Shown here: positions 1-7,342 of the stretch, piece after piece
How the letters are laid out: each line of letters begins with the position of its first letter
Numbering within the stretch: position 1 is the first letter of the stretch
Assembly: GCA_021735725.1 (NCBI GenBank)
Contig: JAIPGS010000001.1
Location: 1-43,428 of the forward strand
Direction of reading: 5' to 3'
DNA: 43,428 nt
From: Candidatus Babeliales bacterium
GTDB lineage: Bacteria > Babelota > Babeliae > Babelales > CAIQNR01
Translations under genes and position numbers: made by a program
The notes under the pieces: model-generated
The model's database searches: none
Told to the model about the DNA's origin: nothing
The model's input: the letters and a program-made list of their open reading frames with translations, nothing else

Positions 1-2
1 AT

Positions 3-404
3 GCACCACAAGAACATGACAATCAAAAAAACACTCTTCTTTTAATTAATAATGATCATCCACTTCCTGTTGATATAATGTCTCCAGTAGTAGGAAAAAG
101 AATCATTTCCTTATGCAAGAGCATGAAGCTAACATATCCTCACCACACTCATCTGATTGCCCATATTAATAGTGTCCAAAAAGAAAGTGATATGATAATT
201 GTTTTAAAAGATGGATCAACCCACATTACAGATATATCACTTGCAAAAGAAATTAATACCGAACGCATAATAAGTAATGCACACACTAAACAATTACAAA
301 AAACATTAAATCGACCGTTAAAAATAAGCCTTTCAAAAAATGAAATAACTCGTCGCAGTTATGAGAGTATTAAAAAATTGACAGAACAAGTTAAAGTAAG
401 CTAA
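3..404 (+). CDS. hypothetical protein, 5' end possibly outside the window
   Basis: Frame 3 is open from the window edge (APQEHDNQKNTLLLINNDHPLPVDI-MSPVVGKR...) straight into track ORF 78..404. No motif recognised. The true start is either ATG 78 or upstream of the window. Confidence 0.35.
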   Translation, partial: APQEHDNQKNTLLLINNDHPLPVDIMSPVVGKRIISLCKSMKLTYPHHTHLIAHINSVQKESDMIIVLKDGSTHITDISLAKEINTERIISNAHTKQLQKTLNRPLKISLSKNEITRRSYESIKKLTEQVKVS

Positions 405-706
405 ATCCATCTAAAATGTAAAACTGGCGATTATATAAAAGAAAAATGATACGTCTACAATTATTTTCTTGATCCACATAATTCTATTCCATTAAAACAA
501 AAAAATATTCCATATTTCATCATTAAACATACTTAATGTTTTTATTAAATAATTACAAAAAATAGTAAAAATACTTATAGCAGACACTTTTCAAAAATAA
601 AAAAAATTATGCTCATTATTCAGCCACTAAAAATTGACCAATAAAATAAAGTTAGTTAAGATCATAACGATAAAATTACACTCACCTAAAAAAAAGGACT
701 TTGAAG

Positions 707-1552
707 ATGAAACAATTTCTTTCATTATTCTTGTTGCTCAGTGCAATGCCATGCGCAATCGCAAAACACAAAACCACTGCCCCTAAACCACCAAGGAGAG
801 ACTTACAAAAAGAAGATATCAAAGTATTTGATTTTGAATTTAAAAATAAGTTCTACTCTGTTGGATCTGGGATTGGATTTTATTCTCTTTCGGACGTAAC
901 CCCCTTTGCTAACAGCGCTCAAACTTCTTTAAAACAAAAAGTTGTTCCGCATATTGCACTTTCTCTGGGATGGACATGGGATACTAAATCATCATTCAAA
1001 AAACATAATGTAAAACCTCTTTCTTTAGGTGTTGAATTTAAATATGCACATCGTAAAGAAGCTACACAAACAAACATGTCTAATTTAGCTACTAATGGTG
1101 CTAGCGTTGCTTTTGCAGTATTAAAACAAGATGTACAAAATTTTAGCATTACTCCTTATTTACAATACGAATGTTACAAAAATAGAAAAACAACATTTGC
1201 GCTTGTTGCGGGAATGCCAGTTAGTTTTAAACCCGTAAAAAAATTAAAATGGCATCAAACAGATGGGTCTTATACAGGATATAATCTAAAACCTAAAAAA
1301 TTCCATGTATTCTTTACACTTGGTTCTGATTTTACCTACACAGCAAAAAAATATGATGTTATTTTTGGATACCGCTACGCTCGTGGCCATGTAAAATACC
1401 AAAACACGCTTTTTATGGACCAACCAGATACAGGTGCTGCAACAGTTTTCCAAACAACATATGCAACCTATAATAATGATTTTGAATACAGCAAACCAAA
1501 AGGTACGCTGCAAAGTCATACACTTTCATTATCAATTATTAAAAATTTTTAA
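707..1552 (+). CDS. putative outer-membrane beta-barrel protein
   Basis: Signal peptide MKQFLSLFLLLSAMPCAIA, alternating beta-strand-like pattern and a C-terminal ...SIIKNF (terminal Phe typical of OMPs). AAGGA lies about 8 nt upstream of ATG 707; the track start 701 is TTG. Confidence 0.55.
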   Translation: MKQFLSLFLLLSAMPCAIAKHKTTAPKPPRRDLQKEDIKVFDFEFKNKFYSVGSGIGFYSLSDVTPFANSAQTSLKQKVVPHIALSLGWTWDTKSSFKKHNVKPLSLGVEFKYAHRKEATQTNMSNLATNGASVAFAVLKQDVQNFSITPYLQYECYKNRKTTFALVAGMPVSFKPVKKLKWHQTDGSYTGYNLKPKKFHVFFTLGSDFTYTAKKYDVIFGYRYARGHVKYQNTLFMDQPDTGAATVFQTTYATYNNDFEYSKPKGTLQSHTLSLSIIKNF

Positions 1553-1564
1553 AAAGGGAAAATT

Positions 1565-2287
1565 ATGAAAATTAAACTATATCTTCCTCTTCTCCTTATT
1601 TTTGTTCAACAAAGCATTAATGGCTCACAATCAATATCTCACAATCCACTTTTATCTATAACCCAAGCCATAAACAATAATACTTTACAAGATGCTCATG
1701 CTGCCGTTCTTGCAACCCTATGGCAACAAGCAGGTATTGCCCCTATCTCTCAATTACTAACCATTTATCCAGCAACAACTATTTCTGCCACTTCATTGTT
1801 ATCAAATGTAATAGCAGATTGTACATCGATTGGCACAAGTGCAGCAACAACCACTTCTATAGCAGCTCTGACAAGTAATAATATTTACTTTACCACAACT
1901 GAAGTTCGTGTTAATGCATCAGGGCTTCCGGTAGATGCATGGGGAGCAGCTGATACAGTATTCATAGCAACTGTCAGCAAAACTGACAATCCTATATATA
2001 ATGGTATTAGTAACATAAATACGAGTACCTGGTCTTCAAGTGATGCAACTGTCGTAGCTTTGTATGTAACCTATTTAACTTCTTATAAAGCAAACGCTTC
2101 ATCAGATAAAACTGCTCTTGCAGATTTTTACCCTCTTCTTAATATTGACACGCTTATAGATGCACTTATTGTTGATATAAATTCTTTTATTGCAGCTAGC
2201 TATGACTATACGAGCAGTGAAGTTTCAGATACAGCTTCTACTTTACTTACCAATGCAGGGTATTCATCTCCGACTCTATATTCTTAA
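1565..2287 (+). CDS. secreted Thr/Ser/Ala-rich hypothetical protein
   Basis: Signal peptide MKIKLYLPLLLIFVQQSING and low-complexity T/S/A-rich composition. GGGAAA lies just upstream of the ATG. Only 12 nt downstream of the preceding gene. Confidence 0.5.
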   Translation: MKIKLYLPLLLIFVQQSINGSQSISHNPLLSITQAINNNTLQDAHAAVLATLWQQAGIAPISQLLTIYPATTISATSLLSNVIADCTSIGTSAATTTSIAALTSNNIYFTTTEVRVNASGLPVDAWGAADTVFIATVSKTDNPIYNGISNINTSTWSSSDATVVALYVTYLTSYKANASSDKTALADFYPLLNIDTLIDALIVDINSFIAASYDYTSSEVSDTASTLLTNAGYSSPTLYS

Positions 2288-2310
2288 AACTTTCTTAATA
2301 AAACATTAAA

Positions 2311-2362
2311 AAAAAGAACCTTTGGCATGTCACTTACAGACATACTAAAGGTTCTTTTTTTG
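2311..2362. terminator. bidirectional rho-independent terminator candidate
   Basis: Arms agaaccttt (2315-2323) and aaaggttct (2347-2355), with an A-run 5' and a T-run 3'. Lies between convergent genes ending at 2287 (+) and 2375 (-). Confidence 0.55.
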
Positions 2363-2374
2363 TTATTTAAATAC

Positions 2375-3244
2375 TTATAATAATTTACTTGCGAGTTCAC
2401 TTAATCTGCTACGTTCACTACATTCAAGATAAACAGTTGCAAACAGATCTTGTCCTTTAAATTTATCACTGGCAACAACAAGACCATTACTACTAAAATC
2501 CATGTAAGGAGAATCAATTTGATAAGGATCCCCACATAACACAATTTTACTCCCTTGCCCTACACGGCTTACAATTGTTTTTGCTTCATGGGGGCTTAAA
2601 TTTTGCACCTCATCAATCAAAATAAATTGATACGGAATAGAACGACCACGCATATAGGTAATAGCTTCTAATGCCAAACGATCCTGACTTACCAAATCTT
2701 CAACAGAATTAAATGAAAAGTTATGCTGTTTTTCTTTTTTATGACCATGATGCTTTTTCCCTTTTCGTTTTCCTTCTTCATCATGATACACTTCTTCAGA
2801 CATTGTATGTTTTTTGTGATGTGATTCTTGAGGTGTTGATGCGTGTAAAATAACATCAAGATTATCATAAATTGGTTGCATCCATGAATGCATTTTTTCT
2901 TGCAAATCTCCCGGCAAATATCCAATATCAGGCCCAAGAGGCACAACAGGACGAGACACCATCATTTTTTGAAAACCATCATCCATAATTACTTGATGTA
3001 ACCCTGCAAGAAGCGCTAAAAATGTTTTTCCTGTTCCGGCTGGCCCAAGAAGCGTAACAAACTCAATTGATGGATCAAACAATGCATCAAGCGCCATAAG
3101 TTGTTGAGGATTACGTGCTCCCAAATTCCATCTCAGCGATGGGTGCGTAACAGGACGAAACGGCTTATTTCCACCCACATAACGAAAAAGTTTATTATTA
3201 TGAGGATTATGATGAGATTCAACAAGAATATATTCGTTTAACAT
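2375..3244 (-). CDS. PhoH-like ATPase domain (C-terminal part of a PIN-PhoH / PhoH2 protein)
   Basis: Walker A LLGPAGTGKTFLAL, Walker B FILIDEVQNL, and the PhoH motifs YLPGDLQEKM..W and YMRGRS. Same reading frame as the upstream PIN ORF, separated from it by a single TAA. Confidence 0.85.
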   Translation of the reverse strand: MLNEYILVESHHNPHNNKLFRYVGGNKPFRPVTHPSLRWNLGARNPQQLMALDALFDPSIEFVTLLGPAGTGKTFLALLAGLHQVIMDDGFQKMMVSRPVVPLGPDIGYLPGDLQEKMHSWMQPIYDNLDVILHASTPQESHHKKHTMSEEVYHDEEGKRKGKKHHGHKKEKQHNFSFNSVEDLVSQDRLALEAITYMRGRSIPYQFILIDEVQNLSPHEAKTIVSRVGQGSKIVLCGDPYQIDSPYMDFSSNGLVVASDKFKGQDLFATVYLECSERSRLSELASKLL

Positions 3245-3286
3245 AAATGGATATTCTTTCTGAAGTTCAAGTAAATCGTCAGGTAT

Positions 3287-3808
3287 TTATTTTTTTAATT
3301 GCAATGGAGGAACAAGTAATCGAACCCACCCTTTAAAAAATTCATCTTTAGGAACATGGCCTTTTAAATAATCTTCAGAATGTATACCCAAAACGTCAGC
3401 TTTTACTCGAGCATTTAAATCTTTAGTAATAAACGTTACAGGTGTTCCTGAAAGTTTTACAGCCAGTGCCGTAAATATAATTTCATTATCTGCAAGATCA
3501 ATATTTAATGAAGAACTCATGGGTAACGAATTATCAGTAAATAAAATCTTTAATTTCCCTCCGCTTTCAAGATCAACTCCTTCAGTCAGTGACCCTTCTG
3601 TTCTTAATTTATCCAATTGACGAACAAATTCACGAGCATTTCTTCCTCTTTCTGATGTTTCCTTTTTAAATTTTTCAAGTTCTTCTAAAACTAAAAGAGG
3701 TACCCCTACATGGGCACCGTTAAAATTAAAAATTGCCCGAGGATCGTGCAACAAAACATTTGTATCAAGTACATACATTTTTTGGTGTTGCAATTCTTTT
3801 TCTGACAT
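3287..3808 (-). CDS. PIN-domain protein (N-terminal part of PhoH2)
   Basis: YVLDTNVLLHDP (PIN acidic motif) and the later DNEIIFTA, typical of the PIN module fused to PhoH. Ends at TAA 3287-3289, in frame with the PhoH ORF. Confidence 0.8.
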   Translation of the reverse strand: MSEKELQHQKMYVLDTNVLLHDPRAIFNFNGAHVGVPLLVLEELEKFKKETSERGRNAREFVRQLDKLRTEGSLTEGVDLESGGKLKILFTDNSLPMSSSLNIDLADNEIIFTALAVKLSGTPVTFITKDLNARVKADVLGIHSEDYLKGHVPKDEFFKGWVRLLVPPLQLKK

Positions 3809-4112
3809 GTGGCCCCGCTCGCCTGGTTATAATGTTAAAATATAATCACTGAGTGCGAGTGTATCACTAAGCTTAAATAAGCTGCAATAAAATATGAAAT
3901 TTTCATACCATTTTAATCAAGTTCAGAGTTATTTGAAAAAATTATGTACAATGTCTTGTTTTTTTATTTCACTTTTTTAAATAAAGAAATAATTACTTTA
4001 CAAAAAAAAGAAATGACTGAGAAAATAATTTTCCCTTTTTTGTTTCATTTGTTACACTGTCACCCTAATTAGTTATTAAATTCTAACCTCGTTTCCAGAG
4101 AAGGAATATGCC

Positions 4113-5819
4113 ATGAAGAAAGGTCAAGATCTTTCGGTACTTAGACATTCAGCAGCACACTTACTTGCACATGCAGTTTCAGAATTATACCCAAATACTA
4201 AATTTACTCTTGGACCTGCTACGGAAACGGGATTCTTTTATGACATGTTACCTGAAACAAATTTTAAAGAATCCGATCTTCCAGAAATAGAAAAACGGAT
4301 GCACGAAATTTCTGAACGTAATCTTCCCCTTGAACATACACAAATTTCAAAAAAAGAAGCATGCTCTTTGTATAAAGATAATCAATTTAAACTAGAAATG
4401 ATTAATAATTTAGAAGGTGATACTGTTGGTCTTGCAACTCAAGGTGCTTTTTTTGATTTATGTAGAGGTGGCCATGTTGATTCAACTGGTGATATTAAAT
4501 TTTTTAAATTAACGAGCATTTCTGGTTCATATTGGCGTGCAGACAGAAATGGAGTTGCACTTCAAAGAATTACAGGAACAGCATTTTATACGCAAAAAGA
4601 TATGCGTCTTCATGAAAAAAAAATTGAAGAAGCATTAAAATATGATCATCGTCGTCTTGGAAAAGAACTCGATCTTTTTTCTTTTAAAGATGAAGGTGTT
4701 GGATTTCCCTTTTTTCATCCTAAAGGAAAACAAATTTTAAATAGCCTTGTTGCATCTATGCGCAAACGACTTGAACAAGCCAATTATAAAGAAGTAGAAA
4801 CGCCACTTATGCTTTCTGATGAATTATGGAAATGTTCAGGACACTATGAATTTTATAAAGATAACATGTATTTTTCTGAAGTTGATGAAAAAAGTTATGC
4901 TATAAAACCAATGAATTGCCCGGGAACAATTTTAATTTATAAAGATCATCCACGTTCGTATCGCGAACTTCCTCTTCGTTTATATGAATTTGGAAAAGTA
5001 CACCGTCACGAACTATCAGGAGTTCTTCATGGACTTTTTAGAGTTCGCGCATTCACTATTGATGACACACATATTTATTGTACTCAAGAACAAATTGAAA
5101 AAGAAATTTTAACTAATATTGGAATTTTACAAGAAACCATGAAAAAATTTGGTTTTGATTCTGTAAAAATTGCTCTTTCAACTCGTCCTGAAAATGCAAT
5201 GGGTTCTGATAAAATATGGGCTGATGCAATTGCAGGATTAAAAAATGCATTAAAAGCAGCAGGTGCAGACTATGTTATTCAAGAAGGTGAAGGAGCTTTT
5301 TATGGGCCTAAACTTGAATTTAAAATTTTAGACTCAATGGGTAGAGAATGGCAATGCGGAACAATTCAGCTTGATTTTTTTCAAGCAGAAAATTTTGATC
5401 TTACCTATGTTGCTCCCGGTGGAACCTTAAAACGACCTGTAATTATTCATCAAGCAATTTATGGTTCTCTTGAACGATTCTTAGGGATCATTATTGAACA
5501 TTACAAAGGAAACTTACCTTTTTGGCTCGCTCCTGTTCAAGCAAAAATACTGACCATTACAGATGAGCAAAAATCATATGCACATGAACTTTACACACAA
5601 TTAAAAGAACAAGGTGTGCGAGTTGAAATATACGAAGGTTCAGATCCACTTGCAGGGCAAATTAAAGATGCACAAATGAAAAAAATTCCATGGATGCTTA
5701 TCATCGGTAACAAAGAAGTTGAAAATAAAACAGTTACGCTTCGACACTTAGATGGCAAACAAGAATTTGGTCTTTCACAAAAAGCTCTACTTGAAAAAAT
5801 AAATCAATTTACGCTCTAA
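4113..5819 (+). CDS. thrS: threonine--tRNA ligase (no N-terminal TGS domain)
   Basis: Editing-domain motif RHSAAHLLAHAV at residue 10, class II core FRVRAFTIDDTHIY, and an anticodon-binding C-terminus. GAAGGA SD precedes the ATG. Confidence 0.95.
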   Translation: MKKGQDLSVLRHSAAHLLAHAVSELYPNTKFTLGPATETGFFYDMLPETNFKESDLPEIEKRMHEISERNLPLEHTQISKKEACSLYKDNQFKLEMINNLEGDTVGLATQGAFFDLCRGGHVDSTGDIKFFKLTSISGSYWRADRNGVALQRITGTAFYTQKDMRLHEKKIEEALKYDHRRLGKELDLFSFKDEGVGFPFFHPKGKQILNSLVASMRKRLEQANYKEVETPLMLSDELWKCSGHYEFYKDNMYFSEVDEKSYAIKPMNCPGTILIYKDHPRSYRELPLRLYEFGKVHRHELSGVLHGLFRVRAFTIDDTHIYCTQEQIEKEILTNIGILQETMKKFGFDSVKIALSTRPENAMGSDKIWADAIAGLKNALKAAGADYVIQEGEGAFYGPKLEFKILDSMGREWQCGTIQLDFFQAENFDLTYVAPGGTLKRPVIIHQAIYGSLERFLGIIIEHYKGNLPFWLAPVQAKILTITDEQKSYAHELYTQLKEQGVRVEIYEGSDPLAGQIKDAQMKKIPWMLIIGNKEVENKTVTLRHLDGKQEFGLSQKALLEKINQFTL

Positions 5820-5914
5820 AATTCTTTATTTTTTTTATGTATTTGTATAACCTTATCTTTAGCTTATTATTGTAATTTTTTTATAGTCAAAATGAAAAAA
5901 CTTACAAATTTTTA

Positions 5915-5944
5915 TTGACTTTATAGAGGTTAAACTTGTAATAT
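5915..5944 (+). promoter_or_regulatory. sigma70-like promoter candidate for the histone-like gene
   Basis: TTGACT (5915-5920), 18-nt spacer, TAATAT (5939-5944), about 80 nt upstream of ATG 6023. Such hexamers are common by chance in AT-rich DNA. Confidence 0.35.
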
Positions 5945-6022
5945 CAAAAGTAGATTACAACTAGTATATACTCAATGTGTTAAAAGGAAATTGAATAACC
6001 TTAAATGGTGAAGGAGAGAGTG

Positions 6023-6313
6023 ATGGCAGTAAAAAGAAAGGTTGCAAAGCGTAAAGCAGCACCTAAGAAGAGAGCAGCAGCTAAAAAAAGAGTTGTGAAA
6101 AGAAAAGCAGCTCCTAAAAAAAGAGCAGCAGCTAAAAAAAGAGTTGTGAAAAGAAAAGCAGCTCCTAAAAAAAGAGCGGCAGCTAAAAAAAGAGTTGTGA
6201 AAAGAAAAGCAGCTCCTAAAAGAAAAGCAGCTCCTAAAAAAGCAGCTAAAAGAAGAGCTCCTAAAAGAAAAGTAGCTCCTAAAGCTCCTGCTGTATCTGC
6301 TAAAAGAAAATAA
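6023..6313 (+). CDS. histone H1-like / Hc1-like basic nucleoid protein (Lys/Ala/Pro/Arg repeats)
   Basis: 96 aa made almost entirely of KRKAAPKKRAAAKKRVV repeats. AAGGAG at 6011-6016 favours ATG 6023 over the track start 6005. Terminator immediately downstream. Confidence 0.8.
   Translation: MAVKRKVAKRKAAPKKRAAAKKRVVKRKAAPKKRAAAKKRVVKRKAAPKKRAAAKKRVVKRKAAPKRKAAPKKAAKRRAPKRKVAPKAPAVSAKRK
6047..6225 (+). repeat. 51-bp (17-codon) tandem repeat, about 3.5 units, inside the histone-like CDS
   Basis: Units start at 6047, 6098 and 6149, with a partial unit from 6200. Units 2 and 3 differ at one nucleotide (gcagca vs gcggca). Confidence 0.9.
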
Positions 6314-6332
6314 AAAATTTTCTTCGCTGAAA

Positions 6333-6369
6333 AGTCACCCTGGATTTTATATCCGGGTGACTTTTTTTT
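6333..6369. terminator. rho-independent terminator (possibly bidirectional)
   Basis: agtcaccctgga / tccgggtgact hairpin with one bulge, followed by T8. Sits between convergent genes ending at 6313 (+) and 6382 (-). Confidence 0.75.
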
Positions 6370-6381
6370 AACCGATTTTTT

Positions 6382-7056
6382 TTAAAAAGATTCTCTCTCG
6401 TTATTCCGTAAACAAATTTTTTGCAATCGACACCCCTTACACTTTTTAACATGTGCAGGACACATATTTTGTCCCCACATAACAAGTAAGGTATTAAACT
6501 CAATCCAATATTTTTGTGGAATAACTTTTTGTAACGCAGCTTCTGTTTCATCCGCTGTTTTAGTATCAACCAAACCAAGTTCATTTGAAATTCTATGAAC
6601 ATGCGTATCAACACATAATGCAGGAATTCCAAAACCAAGACCCAAAACTAAATGTGCTGTTTTAAGCCCAACACCTTTAAGTCCTAATAATTTTTTTTGA
6701 TCTGAAGGTACAAGGCCTTTATATTTTTTAAGTAAAACAATGCAAATTTCTTTTATATGCAACGTTTTTTGTTTATAAAAACCTACAGGAAAAATAAGTT
6801 TTTCTAAAAGAGAAGAAGGAATTTTAAGAATATCTTGAGGTGTTCTTGCATGCGAAAATAATCGCATACTTGCTGGAAAAGAAATTGTATCTCTCGTCCT
6901 TAAACTTAAAATACAACTTATTAAAATAAGAAAGGGATCTCTCCCAAATGAATCAATAATCGAAAGAGCTGCAGGTATAGGTAAAGAACACGTTAAGCTT
7001 CTCAGATGAGAAATAAAACACTCTACATTAAAATTCTTTATTTTTCCTACACCCAT
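6382..7056 (-). CDS. nth: endonuclease III (DNA glycosylase/AP lyase)
   Basis: HhH-GPD motif LLGLKGVGLKTAHLVL, VDTHVHRISNELGL, and a C-terminal 4Fe-4S loop C-x6-C-x2-C-x5-C (CPAHVKKCKGCRLQKIC). Confidence 0.9.
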   Translation of the reverse strand: MGVGKIKNFNVECFISHLRSLTCSLPIPAALSIIDSFGRDPFLILISCILSLRTRDTISFPASMRLFSHARTPQDILKIPSSLLEKLIFPVGFYKQKTLHIKEICIVLLKKYKGLVPSDQKKLLGLKGVGLKTAHLVLGLGFGIPALCVDTHVHRISNELGLVDTKTADETEAALQKVIPQKYWIEFNTLLVMWGQNMCPAHVKKCKGCRLQKICLRNNERESF

Positions 7057-7070
7057 AGCTCATCAATTAA

Positions 7071-7178
7071 CTAACCTAGTGGCGGTTGCATAAACAAAAT
7101 CACCACAGCAAATGAAAATATTGTAACACATTTTGTGTTGTTCAATAATGTTTTCAATAAGCCTTTAACATTATTCAT
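7071..7178 (-). CDS. possible 35-aa small membrane protein upstream of nth
   Basis: Read by hand: MNNVKGLLKTLLNNTKCVTIFSFAVVILFMQPPLG. GGAG lies about 6 nt upstream of the ATG, and the stop is 14 nt before the nth start. Below the ORF-track length cut-off and has no homology support. Confidence 0.2.
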   Translation of the reverse strand: MNNVKGLLKTLLNNTKCVTIFSFAVVILFMQPPLG

Positions 7179-7342
7179 AAAAACTCCGATCGATGGTTAT
7201 AATGGTTTAACTTTAGAAGCTAAGTATAATGATGAACATACTTCAGGTCAAGAAGAATCTTACTTTACAAATATACCTGATATGATAGTGTAATTGAGAT
7301 ATAGTGGTGTTTTATTTTTTTTATTTTGTTACATACAGGATA

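Noticed and set aside
404-700. Long AT-rich spacers (404-700, 26207-26441, 29938-30183) inspected for ncRNA or mobile-element ends
   Set aside because: No convincing stem-loops, terminal inverted repeats or conserved RNA motifs were identified by eye. They most likely hold promoters for the adjacent genes.
3287-3289. TAA in PhoH2 as evidence of stop-codon reassignment
   Set aside because: TAA is used as the terminator of many clearly complete genes in the window (thrS, the histone-like gene, mrdA, dsbD and others), so reassignment is not supported.
3809-4112. T-box or other leader riboswitch upstream of thrS
   Set aside because: No T-box consensus (the GGUGGNACCGCG-like element), specifier-loop architecture or terminator/antiterminator pair could be found by eye. 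The spacer is simply AT-rich.
6047-6225. Regular 51-bp tandem repeats considered as a possible CRISPR or minisatellite array
   Set aside because: The units are contiguous with no unique spacers. They sit in frame inside a CDS that has an SD and a terminator, and encode a KRKAAPKK repeat protein.
6300-6638. 112-aa minus-strand ORF overlapping the nth 3' region and the terminator
   Set aside because: It lies in an alternative frame of the well-supported nth gene and runs through the hairpin terminator, which is typical AT-rich spurious ORF behaviour. The same reasoning applies to the other nested or antisense track ORFs: 919-1149, 1286-1519, 2689-2946, 12331-12573, 14487-14690, 15872-16069, 17010-17195, 17595-17810, 18786-18986, 18950-19132, 19293-19484, 21150-21386, 21550-21771, 23614-23820, 25346-25531, 27899-28153, 28947-29366, 32040-32252, 32086-32301, 33282-33524, 33322-33543, 34944-35162, 36594-36887, 38197-38382, 39115-39324, 39505-39726, 40296-40523 and 42280-42492.
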